Shown here piece by piece: positions 11,318 through 36,500 of a DNA stretch of 64,000 bases (its first letter is position 1; each line of letters opens with the position of its first letter). The translations under genes were made by a program, and so were the position numbers. The stretch spans positions 310,001-374,000 of the forward strand of contig NW_020845264.1 of assembly GCF_003704095.1 (NCBI RefSeq), in the 5' to 3' direction. The DNA comes from Pocillopora damicornis (Eukaryota). The notes below the pieces were generated by a model. That model searched no databases and was not told where the DNA came from. It saw only the letters and a program-made list of their open reading frames with translations.

Positions 11318-14300
11318 TCACCAATGCGGGAACTGTTCCTCTAGTCCTGAATTCATGAGCCTAATTGGAAGATCTTCCATGTTGGGAAGGACAAACATGT
11401 TCTGAAACACATTACAAAAAAACAAGCAAAGAAATTATGCAAAGACAATTTGAAAACTGTAAGATAATACACAAAAACCAGAGGGATGCAGTCCAAAGTG
11501 GGGTTAAAGCAACAATAACAAAACAGCAAGGGTGACAAAAAGACAAAATTAGGCTTGAAGCACAAGCCAGAAAAGCCACTTGGCATGTCAGCCCAAGTAC
11601 ACTTTTTTAATCAAATATTAATCAATCTTCAGTGATACTTTACAATGACAATGCACCTCTCCAATCTACAGAATGGCTGTCCCTCCTGCTAATGAAGCTG
11701 ACTTGCGGGATTGGTATGAAAGGTGGGGTTGGATTACTATTGACTATCATACCACATATGGGTGGAAACAATAATCCATACAATTATTAGGTCTGTACTC
11801 AGCTCTATGAGTTAGCCCAGACTTATAGCTGTTTGTTGTAGAACTTCACCTGCTCTCTTAATTTTTCTCTAACTTGGTAATTTACATGTAACATCTATTC
11901 ACAAATTTCCATTTAAAAATACTTACCTTAAACTCTTGTTTCAACTTTTTTTCAATCCAGTCAGTAACATGGGTGAGTTTGACTTGACGTTCACCAAGCT
12001 TTGGTCTTGCAGAGACAAACAACATGGGACTCCCCCGGAAACCATACCTGCAACAATGTATCAAATTTGAATTGAATGCAAACTAAAAATTATTACACCC
12101 CATGAACAGATAAAGTCCAAAATGTTCTTCAAAATCTCAAAACTAGTGCTTCTTCCACAGCTTCTAGATCAGATTTTACAACACAATTTAATGTACAAGC
12201 AGGAAATAAATTAAAATTTCAAATAAAAATTTTGCTACTTAACAGGTAAAAATAATAATAATGTTAATTATCATATTGTGTTTTGCATTTTATTTACCAA
12301 CTGGTAATCTATTTAAATAATGAAAATAATTTTTTCTACAATATTGTGTCACAGTTGATTTTCCTCCAAGTGTGTTAAACCTATACATTTACTCTCATAC
12401 CAGTAAGTAACACTCCTCTTTAAGAATCGCCAAGTTCACTAAAAATTTGTTGAGTTTGTTGGCATGTAGCAATAGATTAAATTTACTGAATGTAGAGTCA
12501 CCTACTGTTTGAAACATCTTTAAGTTCCAAATTAATTATTCCCTTTCCATAAAGCTTTTCTTTCCCTTTCCTAATACATGGAAATCAATGATAACCATGT
12601 AAAGCTGGACTTATATCAAATACGTTTTCATACCTGTGAATTGGCACAAAGACTTAGTGGAAAGAGACAATTACCTTGCTAAAAAAAAGAAAGGAGAAAA
12701 ACAGGAGAAAATTTAATGCAGTTGATTACAACATACCACAGCCTGTTTGTAGGAGGTGGGGGAATGTTCAGTGCAAGAGTTCCTTTGACTGTTAATACCT
12801 CCACTGACAAAATAATTGGCAGATTAGAAAACCTCTCAGCTGCTCTCTTGACAATGCCAGTCTCCGCTGCTTTCTTCACCCACTTAGATTTTGCCAGCCG
12901 TTCAATTACACTGAAGATTTTGCGCTTTGGTCCATTCTTAGTAGAAAGACCTAAATGTTTTTTCATTGGAGTACTAGGGGCACTTTCTGATGTCTTCTCA
13001 GGAAGAACTTCAGTGAGCAAGCCTTTATCTGATAGTTCCTCACTTGAACTCTGTTTCTGAGAAGACAGTTGTCTCCTTCTTGGTTGAGTGCTCTTTTCCA
13101 AAGAAGAATTTCCTTCTTCCGCATCAGTTGCATTACTCAGAGATAAAGGATCCTTGCTTTCCAGAAGCTCTTCATCACCATCAAAACTGCTCAAGGTGAA
13201 GGAGTCAGAGCTTTCACTCTGAGGAATATCTTCCAGCTTCTCTCTTCCACTCTGCACAGTTCCAAGAGGCTTGATCATAAACTCTTCAAAGTCAGATTCT
13301 GGTGATTCAAAGTCAGAGTCACTGTCAGGTGGACTCTCAGATCCTGAGTCATTATCAAGTTCAGCTGCGCCCAAACTTTCTTTGTCAAGATTTTCATATT
13401 TCCTTGACAGCTCTGCCATTTCAAGCTCTGCATGCTCACTGTTTCCAAGGCTTAAAAAGTAACTCAAGTACCCTTCTATATTTAAATGGCCTTCAAAAGT
13501 AAGGATCAAGCCTCCATTGTAAGTCACTTCTAAATCAACCCATGTACCATCATGCTCAACCTTCGGAGAAGATGTCTTCGTTATAACTGGAAGACTCTGG
13601 CCAAGGTTAAGATCAGAAATTGAGATGTCCCGGATGAAGGAGGGTTTCTTCATCTTGGCAAGCTTGTTTTCAAAGCGTTCCTTGATCTTGTTAGTCCAAT
13701 ACTTGTCATGCCATACATCCCAAAATACTCTCCCAAACATGACATTAACCCATGCAATTTCTGACTGTTGGGAAGGCTGAGCAATGAGTTTAGCCATGTA
13801 TTGGGGATATGAACACAAAGGCAGGGTCTCCAGGTCGGAAGAGTTTCCAGAATTGTCATTAAGAAGTCTGCACAGGTGATTATACCAATCTTCTTTCTCC
13901 CTACCAGTCCTTGCAAATAAGTAAAGTACACCAACATCATCTAAAGAATCTTGTTCCTTGATTTTGATGCTCTCCTTTGCAGCACTTTCTTCATCAGCAC
14001 TTTTGCTAAAACAGGAGATATCTTCAGAATGTGTCCCTAGCTTTTCAAGAGCAAGGCAGATTGGAAACTTTCGACTCCATACTTTCTTCATTGTCATTGA
14101 TGCTGGTAAAAGTGAAACTTTGCTTCCAGTTAAATCATAGTGTTCATGCTTTGAGAATGATACGCTTGCTCCCTCTTCAATGGATCGCGGGTCAAACTTC
14201 TTTCCAGAATCTTCCACATGAGGATGTGACAGTTTTAAGTTTGTTCCATTTAAGGAGGCAAAGACTGGAATAGTCTCGGCACTGAATTCGAACTTCTCTG

Positions 14301-16251
14301 GGATGTAATCAAATGACTTAAACATCCAGCCCTAGGAAATAAAAAAAAAAAACAAACATAAAAAGAAAGATCTGGACTGAAATTTTACAAAATAAGCAAA
14401 ATATTAATTCAAATGATAAAAACACTGTTTATGTAAAGTACACTTCAAAGTAAAGCCATTTAAAGGCTTTGTACAATTTATGACGTCATTTCTCTGATCA
14501 ATAAAAGTAATATCTAATGATTAATCTGTTAGATAAACTATATTTGTTTCATTTAGCGAAGAAAGTTTTCCTTGTATGTCTCCCTGAGGGTATTTTGCTT
14601 CAATTTTGATGCATCAAAGCTACACCATCCATTTTTTCAAAACTTGATCACAAGGTCTGACAATAAAATCAAGGTTCTATCTATATCATTGGCCAATTGC
14701 ATCAATATACATAGTACGACAAGATTGTAGAAATTCGAATAACATCATTAAAAATTTACCGCGACATAATTTTAAAATGTTATGTTCCTATAGAATATCA
14801 GACTTCCTAAACTCGATGGTAAACGTAACTGTACAAACACACGCTTAAGGCGTAGAAAGTAACATGAAAGTGACGAATACACTTCCAGAAAGAAATGGGC
14901 AAGTGAAAAATCGGTTGAGGAGATTTTCCTTTTCCTGTCGCGAAGAATGTTTTTGATAAATGCAAACTTAAATACTTGCCTCTAATTTGTTTCTCTCTAA
15001 AAGTAACCCAGGATCAGTAGATTTGTAATCAAGCGTGGGGATTCTTGCTAGTCTTTGTTCATATTCCATTAGTTCTTTTTCGTATCGTTCAGCAATGGAG
15101 TCCACTGGACAAAATAGCCAAAGAAATGCACATCCCCCTAAATATGTCAGTAAACCTCCAAGCACTACCCCAGACATAAACGGAGGAGACGATGTGATGA
15201 AGTAGATATAAACTATTAAAGAGCAAAAACAAAAATTGGCGAAATGAGGGGATTTGTCCACCGTAGGGTGCGGTAAATGTCGTACATCACTACCAGCTTT
15301 TGTGTTTCTGGTCTCCTCAAAATGGTTTAAATTGAAAGACAAGTCAGAAGAAGATTGAATTTCAGAGTTTATGTCTGCGCTACTTTCATTTTCTTCGGTA
15401 TCCGAAACAATTTCTTCAGGCTCAACGTGCGCTTCATCTTTCGCTAAACTCGCCAACAGAGATGATAAAGAAATGCCAGCTGAGCTTTTCGGCTTTTCCT
15501 GTTCGGCACCTCCACGGGTGTTTTCATCTTGACGATCTCGATTCAATTTACGACGAAAAGGTGACGGAGACCTAGATCTTGGTCTGTCCACTGTTAATTT
15601 GCTTTGTAAATCTTCATCAACATGAGTTTTGGAGGGAATCGATCCGACATCTTTTTCCTCTTTTATCTCTTGTTCTGGAAGCGAAAGGCCTTCTTTTGCG
15701 GGTTCAGACTTCGGTTCGTTTCCCTGATCTCCGCGACCACGCAGGAACTTCATTATGACCGAATCAGAGTCTTCTGATCGCAAATAACTCGGCCACGTAC
15801 TTTGTTTCTGAACTATCGACCGCTTTTCTGAGGTCGCTCTCAGCTCTTGAGTAGAGTGGCTCTTACTAGCTAATTTCAAGCCAGCTTCCGACGAGCTCTT
15901 TTTCGCATTTGAAATCGCTTCAGTATGTTTGTCAACTTCCTGACGAGAAGGGTCGACGCTCTCAAGCTGTTCGTAATCTTCCACTGTCACTTTACAGAAA
16001 CCATCCTCTTCATTTTCACCTTCGATTCGCAGTCGGGGATCGTTTCTATCATGGCTCTCTCTGTTTCCTTTACGTTCGATGGATATTTCTTCGTCAGAAT
16101 CTAACTCCTTATTGCTAGAACTGTAACGAATAGAGATCGAAGCAAATGCATTTCGAATCGATCTTTCAGGAGCTACTCCGGTTGGCTGGCCACTTCTCGC
16201 GGTCGTTGTTCGTGGTAAGGGTGGTCGGGGTGGCGGCTTTTTTGCACTCAT
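11318..16251 (-). CDS. TEX2: Testis-expressed protein 2 (TM + PH-like + SMP lipid-transfer domain), 4 exons
   Basis: Exons ~16251-14980, 14331-12736, 12048-11927, 11401-11318. Motifs KKVWSRKFPICL, LYLFARTGREKEDW, WVNVMFGRVFWD, GTLALNIPPPPTNRLWYGFR, ARPKLGERQVKLTHVTDWIEKKL, FVLPNMEDL. Confidence 0.93.
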
Positions 16252-16630
16252 TGCTCTCCTCTACTTCACCAGCCCTCTGTACTCTTCCTAATTAAACAGT
16301 TACCCGCCATGAGGCGATGATTACCATTGAAATTGCAATTTTTCCTCGTCAAGTTTATCGACTCCGTGACCCGAGTGAATGGGACAGAAAACAAAGCCAG
16401 CGGCAAAACATTGGCTTCCAGACTCTCACGTACATAGACGCACGAATGCAAAATCACCATTTTCCAGGGGATGGGTGGGAGGGGAATCTTATATCCCAGC
16501 CCGAGTTTAGGTTCCTGGAAGCCCACGGAGAATCAAAAGATAGGATACTGATTTCTTTGTCTATCTTTTCCCATACTTTAAATTTCTTCAAGCAATTCTT
16601 TCATCAAAAAATTTTTCTCAACGGGTGATG

Positions 16631-17352
16631 GAGGGGGGCATCGGGGCCTATTAGAAACCGCAAAACCGTAGAAAAATCATCCAAAAAAAACCGAAAAACC
16701 GAAAACAAATTCGATCAAAACCGAAAACCGCATACAAAACTGTCACAACTGATACATTTTCACATCCCTGATCAATCCGATACAGTGGTGACAAGTGGAG
16801 CATACAGGGTAAACTACACTAATTTCATTACAGGATTTTATGAATGCCATGGACTTGGCATTGTCTTCTCCTATCTGCTTAAATTAACAGCTGGTCTCTC
16901 GACGACCTCGAGCGTGGTCTCTGCAAACTCAGCAGCTGGTAGCGGAGCCCAGTTAAATTAAGGAAATTCGCGCAAAAGTCCTCTATAGGATTGCAGTTTT
17001 GCAGTCGCAAAAAGCTATAGCTCTGGAATGTTTCATCGAAAATCCCTGATCTAACATTTCCATTTACCAACTAAGAATCAATCAGTCACGTGTGGCCTGT
17101 AACTTGGTTACCAACTTCGAGGTGGCGTTGATAAAGAAACTCTGGTAATGTTCGATGCTTAGCCATACGTGTAGCCGTACTCTCCCCTCCCCTCGGATAT
17201 CAAATCCGGAAACCCGTTAGTATTTTTCGCGAAAACTGAAAATCAAATGCTAAAAAAAGGAAAATCCGAAAACCGCAATGAACACCAAAACCGAGAAACC
17301 GATCTAAAAAATAGCCAAAACCGCAAAATCGAAAATCCCAATGCCTCCCCTC
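16631..17352. mobile_element. Non-autonomous TIR DNA transposon (~720 bp) with subterminal AAACCG arrays
   Basis: Left GAGGGGGGCATCGGG versus right CCCAATGCCTCCCCTC (inverted); many AAACCG/AAAACCG copies at both ends; flanks GGTGATG / GGTTATG may be a TSD. Confidence 0.7.
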
Positions 17353-17548
17353 GGTTATGAAAAAGGCAGTCTGCAACATGGCCGACCAAAATGGCCGAAA
17401 AATATGACGTTAAATTTAAACCAATGAGCTTCAAGGACGTCACGAGCGTCGAACAACACGCTGGGAAAGGAACACGGATATTTACGAGAAACACGAGTAT
17501 CCCAAACTCGACCTTGCTTTGTTAATCGGATAGCACAAGTCAGGAAAA

Positions 17549-29218
<11,670 letters not shown>

Positions 29219-30099
29219 ATTATCTTTCTCTTTTTTTAATACTTTTCACCTCTTATTAACTTAAAGCTTACAGACTCCTCTGGTCGTAGCTCAAGTTCAA
29301 GAAGACTTGGAGACTCGGGACTGCCTCTTAATAGAAATGTTCCCAATAGCTACTTACGTTGCATCGTGACACCCCATCCCCTTTCCACTTTTCTCTCTCT
29401 CTCTCTCGCTCTTTTTCTCATGTTAACCTTGCGTGACACTCAAACTTGTTTGTGTTATATTGTTACGGTGGTAAAGAATACTTTGACTCGAGTATCAAGG
29501 TGTTATTTGATATTTTTCCATTGTTAATGGGAGATGAACATGAAATATATATATATATATATATGTATATTATTTTTGAAGAAATGTTTGAAGTAAAAAA
29601 TCCTTGTCCGAGTCATCATCCTTTTACGCTCCAACGGAGCCACTGAGCAAAAAACATAGAATAAAAATGTTCGATGTATTTATTCTGCGGAGAACCCGGC
29701 ATTGTACATTATTTAACGTAAATTCGGAATATAGTTTAGTAAAATATTTTGTAATCGTAGTATCCAATACATCCATCCACAATTCAAAATCGCTTTGTGA
29801 AGAATGAGTTTGAACAATAAAAGATTTGAATTTATTACAGCTCCTTTAGTAATAAGTAGCCGAACTCTGAAAAGGATGCTTTTAGTAGAATACACCGAGC
29901 AGTTCGTGCACTTTAGTAAGGATTTTGAGCGAACAACGCTGGCTGTGTGTAGATCAGAAGTGTATTAAGCTTAAGCTTTGCACTAGATTATTGTTCTCCA
30001 ATCTCTGGGGGCAGGAAGAAAGGGTGGCCTTCAATAATGGGACTCTACAGATGACGTATCGAAATGAAGAACTCGCTGATTAGTAAAGGAGGTGAGTTT

Positions 30100-30235
30100 C
30101 TGATGAAACTATGCTGCTGCGTGGGTGGGAGAGTATAACAAGGTAATTTGGTATCATCAACTAAGTTGATAACGTAAATTGGCCAACATAAAGAGTTTCA
30201 AAACTGACGTTTCGAGCGTTAGCCCTTCGCCAAGG
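30100..30235 (-). mobile_element. Penelope-like pseudo-LTR remnant with a mutated hammerhead
   Basis: Similar to 52091-52210 in reverse; CTTGGCGAAGGGCTAACGCTCGAAACGTCAG, with the CUGACGA core altered. Confidence 0.7.
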
Positions 30236-30554
30236 CGAAACAGTGCATGAGCGACTGTGCATGTCATGAATAAATAAAGTGTTAAAAGCCCCCCTCCCCC
30301 CCTCCGCAATGTGTTGTTCTTTTGTTTAATTTCTTGCTTGTTTTAATAACTTCGTTGCTAAGTCAAACCAAAGACGAGTTTCTTCGTATAGCATGAGATT
30401 TTAATCAATATTGAAACATTAATGTAGATACACAGAAGACCCATTTTCAGGGCCAACGCACACATAACAACACATGAAACAAACGCACATGTAAGCGATA
30501 AAACTACAAAAAAAAAACGCTGATGCATTGTGATTCTAAGTTCATGATCACAGT

Positions 30555-33500
30555 TCAGACTGAATCTCCCCCTCCGTTCAACAGGCCAGGGGGAAGGAAT
30601 GTCGTCATGGAAGGGCTTACAAGCCCGTCTCCTGATCCTGACTGAGGCTCCACATCACGTGGGACTCCAGCTGGAAAGGACCACATACTGGGTACTTGGG
30701 AAAAGTTTCCACCAAGGGCTGTTTGCTGTGAAGGGCCTGTACCCCACAAGTAGGACGGTGCTGGTGCGTGTCCATGTGCACTACCCCATGGTACACTGGG
30801 AGCTGCAGTGTTAGGCTTTGCCCCAGGCTGTTCGCTTCCCTGTGAGCCGATTACCCACTGAGGGCTGGGGGCATTGACCTTGGACTGTTCGCCAGCAACA
30901 AGGCCTTGCGAGGGCGAGGGCAGTGTCCCTATCGTAGATCCCCACTGCATTCCAGATGTGGTGTTATTTACTTTTGGGATGGGCTGTTCAGTGCTTGATA
31001 CTCCGGGTGGAACCTTGCCAATCGGTGCTTTGGTTGTAGATTGAATATTGTCCGAAGTTGCCGCAGAACCAAGCACGTTCTGAAAGGACCACTGATTACC
31101 GTACGTGTTGCTGGGAAATGGGTTTGCACTCCAATCCATGGTTTGCTCAAAGAAGCTACCGATGTCACTGTCTGTAGCGAAGTCTGCTGCCACCTGGGAG
31201 CCAACCAGCATCATGCCATTCAACGCTGCCCTCGCTTTTGCCGCTTCTTCCATGCTGCCGTAACGGATCAAGCTGTTCCCATGGCGAAGATTCAACTGAA
31301 ATGTGAGCAGTGGCCCATGCCTCTCGCACATAGGACGGAGGGTCTTGGGATCCATCTGCAAGCGAGACAAGATCATTAAACGATTGTCATAAGTTCCTCT
31401 TCCTGCTAATTCTTCGATACAGCAGATAAATATTCAATCGACAGTAACATTTGCCTTTTTTTACGATGTATCTGCTAAGAGAGTGGGTGATATGGTAAGT
31501 AATGTCATGTTAATCACGTAAGGAACTAGACCAGACTGTATGACTACTCACTCATGATACTAATATTATGACTTGGCTATGTGGGGAAAAAAGATAGTTG
31601 CCAAGAATTTTCCATTACATTGCCTTAACTGGCTTTCAGATAAAAGAAAGGATTTTAATGGACTCGACAACGTAAGAGCAAAACTCACCCTTGGTGACAA
31701 ATTGCGCAGTACCAGCCAAGTTGACATGGAATTGACAGCAGTTCTAGAAGGAGCAACACCGCTAGATGCAGATACAGGGGGGACAGAAGTCCCAGGTAAA
31801 TTCCCTGAGAGCTTCTCCTCAGCACTCGGTATGGGTTGATTCGTTGACCAGATGATCCCTGAGTTTTGCAAAGATGATGGCTCGGTTGTGCTCACACTTC
31901 CACTACGGTTTTCACTTGTTGCCATAGTTACAGATGATGCCGACGATGACAGAGTAGGAGCAGGACCCCCGACAGCAGCCCAAGGTTGAGGGTTGGGTGT
32001 CAAAGGACTAAACGGCTGCGTACTGCTATCTCTTGGACTCCATGGTGTTGAACTGTTCGCAAACCCAAAGCGACTGAACTGAAACTCAGGCTGGGTTTTA
32101 TCGCCTCCAAGACTGGAACCATCTATTAAGCTTTTCAACCAAGCAGGAGGCTCTTCGTCAAAGAGAGGGGATTCAGGTAAAGTGGTGTCAGATCCCAACC
32201 CAGGGGGAGGTCTCAACAGTGATGCAGCACTGGATCCTGCAGATCTACTTGTCGCTTGCGCAGGTGGGGCAGGGGCTTTATTGCCTAGCCATGGGGTTGA
32301 GCCTACGCCAAAGTCGATTTGACTTGACTCAAATGTATGGTTATTGACCAACAGTCCTGAGAAGGAAGAACTTGCAATGGTAGTGACAACATTGTCTGCT
32401 ACCTTTACATTGCTTCCAAGTTGTACGCTGCTGGGCGCACTGACAGTTTGGTTTCCCAAATTCGACCAGCTATCTGATGAGGAGTCAATAGTGGAAGATG
32501 GACGACTGGAGCTTTCCACGGTGTTGGGAGAAACACTATCTCTCACTTCATCTCTTTTGTCAGATTTTGGAGCAGGGCGCCATGGTACACCTGGTTTAAA
32601 TTCAGGTGGGTCAGCAGACAGCTTGGGACCAGCGTCCACACCCCACCTGCTTGAAACTGGATCAGGAATTCGTGCCCGTGGAGAAACATTGTTGCTGTTT
32701 GGAGCTGAGGAATCAGATAGGTCACTGGTTGAAATGGATGGAGCTGATACGACACTGGTTAGCACACCTGAAGATGATTGTGAAGGAGCTGATATTGTCT
32801 GAGCTTTGGAGTCCACTGAGGCTGGTGTGCTGCTAGTGACGGTGGACTGAGTGACTGGTGCTGATGAAGGTTCATGTAACAATGGCTGCTTCCACTGTGT
32901 GAGCCTAGACTGAGTAACAGGAGAAGGTTGCTTGGGTTGTTCTTCTGATGTCACAGGAGAAACAGCAGATGGTTCGCTGGGCTGAGACTTAACAGCGTCT
33001 GCTGTCTTGCTCGTTGGTGCCTCTGTTGCTGGTTTGTCATTAGTTGCGGCTTTATTGCCCTTCTGTTGTGCATTAGGTGACTGCTGTTGCTGCTGCTGTT
33101 GCAGTAGAGATTGCTGCTGTTGTTGTTGTTGTACTGCAGTAAACGGCAATGCAGGATGTCTCCCGGCCAGCCCAGGCTGCTGCTGCAGAACTTGCTGTTG
33201 CATCTGAGCAATCATGAGTGCAATCTGCTGTTGCTGTTGATACAATTGTTGTTGAGGCACTACCTGTTGTTTCTGTCCTAAGTGTTGCTGAGCAACAGAC
33301 TGTGCAGCCAGGCGCTGTTGAACGAGCTGAAGTTGAGCTATCTGCTGCAGCATAGCAAACTGCTGAGGGGTGAATGGAGGCTGAAGAAGACCTCCCTGAG
33401 CCATTCTCAGCTGCTGCAGATGTATCTGTTGTACAAACTGAGGATGAAGTAATGGATGAGCAAGTGTTGGTCTCAATGGGCCCTGTACCCCTGGGCCTGG

Positions 33501-36500
33501 GGCAGGAGGTACTACTGGTGGACCAGATCTTTTGCCGTTGCTAGGCAATTGCGATTGCCCATTTATGGGCTTTACTGCCCCAGCTACAGATGATGGAGGT
33601 TTTTCAGGTTTTGTTGTGCTCGTGGAAGTTTTTGTTTTAGAGTCTTGTTGTACTTCATCCGTTTTAGAAGTTGATTGAGTTTCTGAAGTCTTGTCTTGTT
33701 GTTCACTGGCAGGTTTAGTAACAGATTCACTGACTTGAGTCACAGACTTTGAAACTGCGACCTCATTTTGTCCTTGCCTTTGTTCAGTTTTTGATTCAAG
33801 AGTTTGTTGCTCGGCTTGCTGTTGCTGTTGAAGTTTCCTTCGTTGTTTGCGGTTTAGTTTACCTTGACCTTGCTGCTGTTGCTGTTGGATTCTTGCTGCT
33901 TCTGCAGGATCAGGCTCTTGGAGTTTTCCACTTGGAACTGATACAGACTGTTCCCTGTTTTCGCTCATGTTCATGGCCAGTAGGTCCCCTGAAAGCACGG
34001 CAACAGATAACGTTATGAATGTTATATCTGACCTTCTGATCAAAATCAGTTAATTAACTCTTAGCTATCAGTTGGGTGATATTGTTTTGATATACCAAAT
34101 TCTTAACACAGGCCATCACAAAACTCTAAGGTAAGCAGTTGGGAGAATCTGTTCACATATCTTTGAAATAAAAAAGCGTAACGTCTGGAGAACTGAATGT
34201 GGTGTGGGATAAAGTTCTATACTATGGAAGGGAGAGTGGTGGAGACCAAAAAAATTTATATTGGGAAAGGAATACGCAAAAACCAATTGAGCCACAAATG
34301 GATTGGTGTAAGAAACATAGGCAGACAACCTGTGGCTGGTCACAACTTACTTATCACCTATTCCAGAATTTCGATCCCCTTCATAATTTTCCTTTTTTAT
34401 AAATTCACTTTACCTATTTCAAACGTTTTCAAGTGGAATTCCCCATGAAAATCTTCTTAAACATTAACCCACTGGATTTTTCAAGAACCGCAAACCAATT
34501 CTGAACTTTTACATTAAAAGAGACCCTATAATAAAATAATGACTGAGAATCATACCTATTGCACTCTCGATGTTCATATGATTTGCCTTCAAAGCTTTTT
34601 CAGCATCCTCTTGCTGCGCAAAATAAGAAACATAATGGTAAAAGGAAACCATTTCAGCTGAGACAATCAAAATTGTCTGTACTTTATATAGTTCTACACC
34701 TAGGAAATACGTTTGAAAACCCGTGCATATTTCGAAAAGAATGTTCTCAAGTTCTCAAATAAGATTAACACGCATCAACTGCATGAATATGCATAGGAGA
34801 TCACTCACCTTGAAACCCATGTCTAACAGTTGTTTGAGAGATCTGTTCATCCACGCATTTGAGTCATTAGCTGGTTTGGGAGCCTAAAACATTTTGAGAG
34901 TAATGATAATTATTTCTCATAAGCAACCAGCCAGAATTTCCATAATAAAATGTAGTGACAGGAGAAAAGCATTAAGAGACAGGAGAGTATTATCCACTTC
35001 TCAGTATAAAATAGCCCAGGCCAATGAAATTTAGCCCTGGTTGAATTTGTCTGCTCTCACATAACTAAGGAACACACAGACTGACCTTAATACAATATAA
35101 TAAAAAAACCTTAGCAACCAGAATAAAGTTTACTCACTTGACCTAGAGTAATTGTAAATCCACAAAAGAGCGTCTGCCTACTATTGACCAGTTACAACAA
35201 CATACAGATGAATCCCGATAACTTAAATCGCTGCTAACTTGAACCTTGCACTAACTCAAACCAAAAGCGATTTCCCCAGGATTTCCGTCATACAATTGCT
35301 GTAATTTTAACCTCGGCAATCTACGTTTCCCCTAAGGTCTTTCTCTATCTATCTTTAACACTCAATAACTCGAACTGTGTCAAACCACATTTGCCAATAC
35401 ATGTGAACTTGAGACAAACGTGTACTGCAGTCCAAAACATTAAATGAAATTATTTTGAAACAGCCCTGTAACATTTGTTGTTTTTCCACATTACAAAAAC
35501 ATGTCAGTCCAGTTCAGGTTTCCTTGGTTTAGGATACATTAAACTACAGTGCCTTTATCTTCATTTCTCAATAACTCAAATTCCCGTTAAATCAAACCTT
35601 TTTCAATTTTTCTTGAAGGTTCAAGTTAACAGGATTTGACTGTAGTAGTCAAATTCAAGTCAGAGACATTTCTTACCCTATTTCTTTTAGATGCTGTGGT
35701 CCACCCATCTAGAGATCCCTCAGATCCTTCATCATTATCCAAATTTTCTTGTCCCCATTCTAAATCTGCAAGTGACACTCCTGTACTCTCTAACCACTGT
35801 GAAACTTTGCTGCTACTCACGGTTTTAAGATCAGAAGTTGTGTCTGATTTTGACACTACATTGTCCCAACAAGAGGTACCCGTGATATCTACAGAAGATC
35901 CCCATTTAGATGAATTAGACACAGGTACTTCACCCCAGCCAGATGAAGGTTTAGTAGTAGAGGTTGAAGTTACAGTTTGTTCAGATTCAATGTCCCCACT
36001 TGATTTGGCCACAGAATTAGAGTCCAAAATAGGTGGTTTACTAGACTTGGAATTTGTGAGTCCATCCGAAGTAGAGTGAGGTTCAGTCCATTTAGTATCA
36101 GTCTCAGCAGGGGTACCACCCCATGAGGCTGTCAGATTACTAGTAACCACTGTTGATGTTGTTGGCACTTTAGGCTTGACAGCCTTTCCAGGTGTTTTGC
36201 TCCAGCTTGGAGTCTCAGATACATATGAAGTGTTCACAAGCTCTCCTTTTCCTGGGTCATGACTGCGCCCTAACGACACTGAGTCCTTTGCATCTGTGCT
36301 ACTCTCCCAGTTTGAACCATTCCCTATTAACCCCCCAAATCCCCCCTTGGTCACTCCGCCCCAGCCTGCCCCAAGTCCTCCATTATCTTTTGCCGTTGCT
36401 GCTTCAGCAGCATCAATAGCCTGATCAATAGACTCATCAATGACATCCCAGTTCTCAGATGATGTTGTTGAAGTCCCATGCCAATTACTAGTTGGCAAAG

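Noticed and set aside
11640-11830. Terminal TEX2 exon
   Set aside because: No SMP-tail motif; the true last exon is 11401-11318 (FVLPNMEDL).
33007-33207. Poly-Cys (metallothionein-like) ORF
   Set aside because: Antisense reading of the GW182 poly-Gln codons.
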